This document shows, in pieces, positions 59,101-64,000 of a stretch of DNA of 64,000 nt. Each line of letters starts with the position of its first letter. Positions within the stretch are counted from its first letter, which is position 1. Both the position numbers and the translations under genes were made by a program. Origin of the DNA: Rhodanobacteraceae bacterium. GTDB taxonomy: Bacteria; Pseudomonadota; Gammaproteobacteria; Xanthomonadales; SZUA-5. The notes beneath the pieces are model-generated. The model was not told the DNA's origin and did not search any database. It saw only the letters and a program-made list of their open reading frames with translations. Where the stretch lies: contig JADJPR010000012.1 of NCBI GenBank assembly GCA_016713135.1, positions 12,601-76,600 on the forward strand, given 5' to 3'.

Positions 59101-59601
59101 GAACCGCAGCGCCTGAACCTGTCGCTGACCGGCAGTCCATCGAGCAATGCGGCGGCGAGCTACCCGGTGCGCGTGCGCATCGCCCGGCGCACGGCGACCA
59201 CCACCGACGTGGTCTTCGACAGCACCCAGACGATCTCGCTGAGCGCGCCGTTCAACACCAGCATCGACCTGCCGCCGGGCTTCTACGAGGCCACCGTGGC
59301 GCCGACCAGCGGTGCCGCGGGTGGCGCGCCGGAGGGCCAGTTCTTCTTCGGTCTGACGACCAGCTTCATCGGCCGTCCCGGCGGTGGGTTCCAGGGCGGC
59401 GCGGTGGTTGGCGGCTACCACGCCACCCACCCCTTCGGCGGCGTCAGCGGATTTGCCGCCTTCTGCCTCGCGACGCCGCACAGCACCAGCGTTCGCGTGC
59501 TCTCGCAACCTACCTACGGTGCTGCCGGTGCTCAGGACCTGCGGCTGCGCATGCAGGATGCGCAGCAGCGCGACCTGATCGCGGTGCCGAGCAGCAACTG
59601 A
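56191..59601 (+). CDS. Giant secreted protein 2 (1136 aa): paralog of protein 1 in the PD40-like and C-terminal regions, with a jelly-roll-like insert
   Basis: Starts MNTIATTALCALMALAAGSAIA after a GAGGGAGAAG Shine-Dalgarno. It is in frame within ORF 55978..59601. Confidence 0.85.
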   Translation: MNTIATTALCALMALAAGSAIAGNHPDPAQLADRPKATSVFLTNVTSVEDSCGGVRYSAILNMFGTNNDGGGNDLIWFTIFDDNQEKFAQSFSAPVGQSRQFQVVAEYPGRVGQVAPGIGIYVGETRGDGGLILIDPFFPTLTSGCTIGGTPPALGFSPSTGSTISYNAAGAASAIGVSNAGGGSGGGPAGTTTLTTCTITGGAAFPTTSFNPAISAVGSGAPSPASITLPACVPQAATATASLRCLETRGSGGTPAQRTWTLSCPASVAATPPRLNAPLVEAFAIGGGLPNGNSQAPVLSRNGARIAYTSDASNIVSGDPNTRPDIFLRDRVFNTTTRVSQLAEALNPGMQEGYDDPAISADGNTVAFTGTSGQVYATAGSSARKISANASGSLGNAPSANAFPISDGSLVFFDSRATNLLSGNDGNGGMDDIFVKNLGNDSVTLISRDPNGGPADGPSAAPSASADGQTIVFHTLATNIVPGGTTPTGFSQNFDGVTAPSLPAGWTALNATTGNNFRWQTTTASAPPAPSAPNSVYVDEEGVVSDKMLDSALLTVVGQPATLSFQRLHNLESNFDGLVLEISVNGGGYSDAVTAGGSFTAGGYNGVISNSFLSPIGGRNAWTGNTGSYVTTTYRLPGNIASGASVRFRWRAATDTSVGGGEVHVDNITSTNLSLPGSVATKLPSGVKAGTIQQATMMRGGGFGQSRFYLSRNLASGELGNGDSTNVKVTPDGRWAVFQSLASNLVTGDTNNVSDIYRVEISNNQVVRMDRVTLTKTGEQPNGNSFLPQISDDGQLVTFQTEATNLAPPDTNGQPDVMVKSMVSGDVLRMSQTTDGQEPNGLTVLPTISGDGSTLGFCTLATNVAGGDNNGAADVFTSGIQSSLPRDEPGLVRFTLPTPNPPNASCPAGFFSAVVDDGPGAGVTPGTFGVELLLDDPGTRVLAGGLNFGGLIDVGQVGFAAFNFANAANEPQRLNLSLTGSPSSNAAASYPVRVRIARRTATTTDVVFDSTQTISLSAPFNTSIDLPPGFYEATVAPTSGAAGGAPEGQFFFGLTTSFIGRPGGGFQGGAVVGGYHATHPFGGVSGFAAFCLATPHSTSVRVLSQPTYGAAGAQDLRLRMQDAQQRDLIAVPSSN

Positions 59602-59613
59602 AGCAGTGCAACC

Positions 59614-59645
59614 CGATCGGGAGCGGCAGACGCCGCTCCCGATCG
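59614..59645. terminator. Perfect 14-bp hairpin between convergent genes (possible bidirectional terminator, no U-tract)
   Basis: cgatcgggagcggc-agac-gccgctcccgatcg. Confidence 0.5.
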
Positions 59646-59652
59646 ACACGGC

Positions 59653-60669
59653 TCAGCCCGCCGCGTCCGCGCTCCACTTGCCGAGCGCCGCGAGGCCGTT
59701 CTCGCGGGCGCGCTGGGCGACGGTCTTCTGCGCCGCGGCGAAATTGCCCTGCATGTCCTTGGCCCACAGCTTCAGCGCTGCAGTCTGCATCGCGCGGCCG
59801 TAGGAGAAGGACAGCGGCCACGGGTGCGGGCCCATCTGGTTCATCGCGTTCAGATGCGCGGTGGCGGCATCATCGCTTTGGCCACCGGAGAGGAACACGA
59901 TGCCCGGCACCGAGGCCGGCACCGCCGCGCGCAGGCACATCAGGGTGGCTTCGGCCACTTCCTCGGTGTCCGCCTGCTCGTCGCAGTCCTTGCCGGCGAT
60001 GACCATGCTCGCCTTGAGGATGGTGCCCTCGAGCATCACGTTGTGCTCGTACAGCGCGTTGTACAGCGAGCGCAGCGTCGCCTCGGTCACGTCGAAGCAG
60101 GTTTCGATGTCGTGGTCGCCGTCCATCAGCACTTCCGGCTCCACCATCGGCACGATGCCCGCTTCCTGGCACAGCGCGGCGTAGCGCGCCAGCGCGTGGC
60201 AGTTGGCGTCGATGCAGGCGGCCGACGGCTTGTCATCGGCGATGGTGATCACCGCGCGCCACTTGGCGAACTTGGCGCCCAGCGCCACGTATTCCTTCAG
60301 GCGCTCGCGCAGGCCATCCAGGCCCTCGGTGATCAGCTCGCCCGGGAAACCGGCCAGGCCGACCGTGCCCAGGTCCACCTTGATCCCCGGCAGCACGCCC
60401 GCAGCGCGCATCACGTCGACGAAGCGGCGGCCGTCCTTGGTCGACTGGCGCAAGGTCTCGTCGTACAGGATCGCACCCGAGATGTGATCGCCCAGGCCCG
60501 GCGTGGTCAGCAACATCTCGCGATAAGCGCGACGGGTCTCTTCGGTGCACTCGATGCCGACACCGTCGAAGCGCTTCTTGATCGTCTTGGAAGACTCGTC
60601 GATGGCGATGATGCCCTTGCCGGGCGCAACCATCTGGCGGGCGATGTCGGCGAGATCGGAAATGTCCAT
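59653..60669 (-). CDS. Fructose-bisphosphate aldolase, class I
   Basis: Starts MDISDLADIARQMVAPGKGIIAIDESSKTIKKRF. ILYDETLRQ. PGIKVD. LEGTILKASMV. LSGGQS. 338 aa. Confidence 0.92.
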   Translation of the reverse strand: MDISDLADIARQMVAPGKGIIAIDESSKTIKKRFDGVGIECTEETRRAYREMLLTTPGLGDHISGAILYDETLRQSTKDGRRFVDVMRAAGVLPGIKVDLGTVGLAGFPGELITEGLDGLRERLKEYVALGAKFAKWRAVITIADDKPSAACIDANCHALARYAALCQEAGIVPMVEPEVLMDGDHDIETCFDVTEATLRSLYNALYEHNVMLEGTILKASMVIAGKDCDEQADTEEVAEATLMCLRAAVPASVPGIVFLSGGQSDDAATAHLNAMNQMGPHPWPLSFSYGRAMQTAALKLWAKDMQGNFAAAQKTVAQRARENGLAALGKWSADAAG

Positions 60670-60732
60670 GGGTGTGGCCTTGGGCTGCGGAGATGGGCGC
60701 GGAGTATAGGGGTGGGGCGCTGGCTGGGGGCT

Positions 60733-60923
60733 GGTTGTCGGTTGTTGGTTGTTGGTTGTTGGTTGTTGGCAGCGAAGCGCGCGCGCCGAGGCTCCTGTGG
60801 GAGCCGACTCTGTCGGCGATCTTCTCCCGCGGCCCTGAGGAAAAGCTCGCGGCTGAAGCCGCTCCCACCAACTTACGGACCGCCGGCTCTTGCTGCCCAC
60901 AACCCAGAACCCACAACCCACAA
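60733..60923. repeat. Composite element: GGTTGTT-type left arm, GTGGGTT-type (AACCCAC) right arm, with a nested classical REP-like pair inside
   Basis: Left arm: ggttgtcggttgttggttgttggttgttggttgttggcagc. Nested pair: ctgtgggagccgactctgtcggcgat (60795-60820) and ctcgcggctgaagccgctcccacca (60846-60870). Right arm: ggctcttgctgcccacaacccagaacccacaacccacaa. Confidence 0.8.
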
Positions 60924-61006
60924 TCCTCGTCCCGGGCACCATCGTTGACCAGCCCCTCGCGCCAGCCGGGCTATGCTCGCGGGCTCGCAAATCTGCTGGA
61001 GCTCGA

Positions 61007-62737
61007 ATGATCCGTTCCTTCCTGCCCCTCGCGGTGGCCGCGGTGCTGCTCGGCGCCTGTGGCGAGGCGCCGCCGCCGGCTGCGCCCGCCACGCCGCCCG
61101 CTGCGCCCGCGGCCGACCCCGCACCGGCCGCCGAGGCCGCGGTCAAGCTGCCGGACGCACCGGCCACCGATGCCGCGATTCGCGCCGAAGACCTCGCCGC
61201 GCAGATCCAGATCATCGCCTCCGACGAGTTCGCCGGGCGCCAGCCGGGTGGTCCGGGTGAGCGAAAGACGGTCGCCTACCTGTCGCGCGAGTTCGCGCGC
61301 CTGGGCCTGAAGCCGGGCAACGGCGACAGCTACACCCAGCAGGTGCCGATGGTCGAGATCGTCTCCGAGGCCACCGGCCCGGTGCAGATCAGCTATGCCG
61401 ACGGCAGCACGGACAGCCTGGCCATCGGCGACGAGGCCGTGGTGCAGACGCTGCGCGAAGACCCGGCGTCGGCGGTCAAGGACAGCGAGCTGGTGTTCGT
61501 CGGCTTCGGCGTCAACGCGCCGGAACTCGGCTGGAACGACTACGCCGGCGTCGACGTCAAGGGCAAGACGGTGCTGGTGCTGGTCAACGATCCCGGATTC
61601 GAAACCGGCGATCCGGAACTGTTCCGCGGCAAGGCGATGACCTACTACGGCCGCTGGACCTACAAGTACGAGGAAGCCCTGCGCCAGGGCGCGGCCGCCG
61701 CGCTGGTGCTGCACGACGACGCCGGCGCCGCCTACGGCTGGGAAGTGGTGCGCAACAGTTTCGCCGGCGCCGAATTCGATCTGCCGCACGTGGATGGTGA
61801 TCCGGCGCCGCTGGCGATCCGCGGCTGGCTGACCAGCGCCGCGGCCCAGCGCGTTTTCGCGAAGCTCGGCCACGACTACGCCGCGCTGCGCAAGGCCGCC
61901 AACCAGCCCGGTTTCAAGGCGGTGCCGCTGGACGCGAAGATCAGCATGGGCGTGACCAGCCGGGTGCGCCACGCCGAGTCGGCCAACGTCGTCGGCGTGC
62001 TGCCGGGCAGCGAGCGTCCCGAGGAAGTGGTGATCTTCACCGCGCACTGGGACCACCTCGGGCGCAGCTTCCAGAGCAAGGAAGACGGCATCTTCAACGG
62101 CGCGGTCGACAACGCCACCGGCGTGGCCGCGCTGCTGGAACTGGCCGAGGCTTTCGCCAAGTCCCCCACGCCGCCCAAGCGCAGCCTGATGTTCCTGTCG
62201 GTGACCCTGGAGGAATCCGGCCTGCTCGGCTCCAAACACTATGTGCAGCAGCCGCTGATGCCGCTCAAGGACACCGTGGCGACGGTCAACATGGACGCGA
62301 TCCAGGTGATCGGCAAGACCCGCGACGTGGTGGTCATCGGCCACGGCAACTCGGAACTGGAAGACATCCTCAAGCGCCACGCCGAGGAACAGGGCCGCAT
62401 CATCGTGCCCGAGCCGACCCCCGAGAACGGCTTCTACTACCGCTCCGACCACTTCAACTTCGCCCGCGCGGGCGTGCCCTCGCTGTACGCGAAGAACGGC
62501 ATCGACCACGTCGAGATGGGCGAGTCCTACGGCCGCCAGGTCGCCGCCGACTACGTCGCGCAGCGCTACCACAAGCCGTCGGACCAGTTCGACCCGAGCT
62601 GGGATTTGTCCGGCAATGTGCAGGACACGGAGCTGTTGTACGCGGTGTCGCGCGAGATCGCCGACGGCAACGCCTGGCCGAACTGGTACGAGGGGACCGA
62701 GTTCAGGGCGGCGCGGGAAGCGATGCGCCGGCAGTGA
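61007..62737 (+). CDS. M28-family peptidase lipoprotein
   Basis: MIRSFLPLAVAAVLLGAC lipobox. Pro/Ala linker. Metal-ligand motifs HWDHLG, DNATG, LEESGLLGS, YYRSDHFNFA. Confidence 0.88.
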   Translation: MIRSFLPLAVAAVLLGACGEAPPPAAPATPPAAPAADPAPAAEAAVKLPDAPATDAAIRAEDLAAQIQIIASDEFAGRQPGGPGERKTVAYLSREFARLGLKPGNGDSYTQQVPMVEIVSEATGPVQISYADGSTDSLAIGDEAVVQTLREDPASAVKDSELVFVGFGVNAPELGWNDYAGVDVKGKTVLVLVNDPGFETGDPELFRGKAMTYYGRWTYKYEEALRQGAAAALVLHDDAGAAYGWEVVRNSFAGAEFDLPHVDGDPAPLAIRGWLTSAAAQRVFAKLGHDYAALRKAANQPGFKAVPLDAKISMGVTSRVRHAESANVVGVLPGSERPEEVVIFTAHWDHLGRSFQSKEDGIFNGAVDNATGVAALLELAEAFAKSPTPPKRSLMFLSVTLEESGLLGSKHYVQQPLMPLKDTVATVNMDAIQVIGKTRDVVVIGHGNSELEDILKRHAEEQGRIIVPEPTPENGFYYRSDHFNFARAGVPSLYAKNGIDHVEMGESYGRQVAADYVAQRYHKPSDQFDPSWDLSGNVQDTELLYAVSREIADGNAWPNWYEGTEFRAAREAMRRQ

Positions 62738-62816
62738 AAAGTGAAAAGGAAAAAGTGAAAGGGAGAGCGGGCGAGGCGTCGTCGCTCGCTCTTTTTCACT
62801 TTTCACCTTTCACTTT
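62733..62816. repeat. Family D hairpin element
   Basis: agtgaaaagtgaaaaggaaaaagtgaaaggg ... ctctttttcacttttcacctttcacttttg. The left arm begins at the peptidase stop codon. Confidence 0.85.
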
Positions 62817-62829
62817 TGGCTGACCCCCC

Positions 62830-63753
62830 ATGCCCCTCCACGCCCCCTCCGGCCGCTGGCGCCTCGGCCTCGCGCTGGCCATCGCCACCGCGCTGTTCTG
62901 GGCCACCCTGCCAGTGGCGCTGAAGGTGTCGCTGGAGGTGGTCGACGCCTTTACGCTGACCTGGTTCCGCTTCCTGTTCGCCACCCTCGCGCTCGGCGCC
63001 TTCATCGCCTGGCGCGGGCAGTTCCGCCAGTTCCGCGGGCTGCCGCGGCGGGCCTGGTGGATGCTCGCCATCGCCGCGCTCGGGCTGATCGGCAACTACC
63101 TCGGCTACCTGCTCGGGCTGAACTACACCTCGCCGGCGAACGCCCAGCTGCTGATCCAGCTGGCGCCGCTGCTGATGGCCGCCGGCGGCGTGGTGGTGTT
63201 CAAGGAGCGACTCAACCGCGCGCAGTGGTTCGGCTACGCGGCGGTCGCGGGCGGGCTGGCGCTGTTCTTTGTCGAGCAGCACGGCCGCGCCGCGGCGCCG
63301 TCCACCTATGCCTTCGGCGGCTGGCTGATCGTCGGCGCCGCCGCCACCTGGGCGGCCTACGCGCTGGTGCAGAAGCAGCTGCTGCGGCGGCTCGACTCGC
63401 AAGTCATCCTGTGGGTGATCTACGCCGCCGCGGCGGTGCTGCTGCTGCCGCTCGCCAGCCCGTCGAAACTGCTCGCGGTCGACGGCGCGCACTGGGTGGC
63501 GGTGATCTATTGCGCGCTCAACACCATCGGCGCGTACGGCGCCTTCGCCGAGGCCCTGGCGCACTGGGAAGCCTCGCGCGTCAGCGCCATCCTCGCGATG
63601 ACCCCGCTGCTCACGGTCGCCACCGTCAGCGCCTTCGCCGCCTTCATGCCCGGCCTCGTCGCCCCCGAACGCATCGGCGCCATCGGCTGGATCGGCGCGC
63701 TCGCGGTGGTCGGCGGCTCGGCGGCGGTCAGCTTGCTGGGGTCGCGTCGCTGA
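62830..63753 (+). CDS. DMT-superfamily (EamA-type) transporter
   Basis: Ten predicted helices. FWATLPVALKV and LIGNYLGYLLGLNYTSPANAQLLIQLAPL patterns. Confidence 0.85.
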   Translation: MPLHAPSGRWRLGLALAIATALFWATLPVALKVSLEVVDAFTLTWFRFLFATLALGAFIAWRGQFRQFRGLPRRAWWMLAIAALGLIGNYLGYLLGLNYTSPANAQLLIQLAPLLMAAGGVVVFKERLNRAQWFGYAAVAGGLALFFVEQHGRAAAPSTYAFGGWLIVGAAATWAAYALVQKQLLRRLDSQVILWVIYAAAAVLLLPLASPSKLLAVDGAHWVAVIYCALNTIGAYGAFAEALAHWEASRVSAILAMTPLLTVATVSAFAAFMPGLVAPERIGAIGWIGALAVVGGSAAVSLLGSRR

Positions 63754-63775
63754 GGTTTTCGCTTCGGGCGGATCG

Positions 63776-63874
63776 GTTCAACGCGGAGACGCAGAGGACG
63801 CCGAGAAAGGCAGAGAAGCGCTGCGAACCTGGGCCTTTGCCTTGCTCTGCGTCCTCTGCGTCTCCGCGTTTGAC
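63776..63874. repeat. Family A hairpin element
   Basis: gttcaacgcggagacgcagaggacgccgagaaagg ... ctctgcgtcctctgcgtctccgcgtttgac. Confidence 0.88.
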
Positions 63875-63964
63875 CGGTCCCGGGCTGGCGCCCGACCGAG
63901 CTTGACACCCTGCGTGTCTCGCCTGACCATTCCTTACGCTTCGTGCGAACGTAAGGAGAATGCG

Positions 63965-64000
63965 ATGAGCGAAGCCACCCTGACCTCCAAGGGCCAGACC
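63965..64000 (+). CDS. 5' end of a probable AbrB/MazE/SpoVT-type antitoxin-like gene (partial)
   Basis: AGGAGA Shine-Dalgarno, then ATG, reading MSEATLTSKGQT. The SKGQ(T/I) start of the SpoVT-AbrB fold is recognisable. Only 12 codons are in the window. Confidence 0.45.
   Translation, partial: MSEATLTSKGQT

Overview
The window is a visibly very GC-rich chromosomal segment. Its gene content looks like a Xanthomonadales/Lysobacterales-type gammaproteobacterium; this is inferred from the mnmE-yidC-rnpA-rpmH block, a fused Nudix/ThiE-like gene and a class I aldolase. I support about 46 protein genes. I found no rRNA, tRNA, CRISPR array, transposase, integrase or phage genes. Many long ORFs in the six-frame track are GC-driven shadow frames and are rejected.

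Landmarks:
- 0.1-2.2 kb: an ECF sigma factor plus a Cys-rich secreted protein.
- 6.5-10.4 kb: mnmE-yidC-rnpA-rpmH, but with no dnaA next to rpmH.
- 13.1-18.5 kb: a MacB-type ABC exporter with three adaptor modules.
- 19.9-26.7 kb: a TetR (frame-broken)-TolC-MFP-RND efflux locus.
- 28.0-30.7 kb: a winged-helix / Ser-Thr kinase / alpha-beta hydrolase / degenerate cyclase gene with a frame break.
- 30.9-37.2 kb: a TonB-dependent receptor, a TPR-sulfotransferase with two compensating frameshifts, and a TPR-Asp beta-hydroxylase.
- 43.6-49.9 kb: a translationally chained operon of epimerase, unknown protein, radical SAM, GT2-GT4 fusion and methyltransferase. It sits behind a FadL-like barrel and a YcgL gene.
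- 51.8-59.6 kb: two paralogous giant secreted beta-propeller proteins, divergent from that operon.

Nearly every intergenic gap, including gaps inside operons, holds a long hairpin element whose arms are built from short tandem repeats. There are at least four families.

The best candidates for something undescribed are the 43.6-59.6 kb glyco-operon plus giant-protein neighbourhood and the tandem-repeat-armed hairpin families.

Limits: start codons are my judgement, family names come from motif recognition only, and no database search was run. Four apparent indels in 64 kb mean assembly error must be considered.
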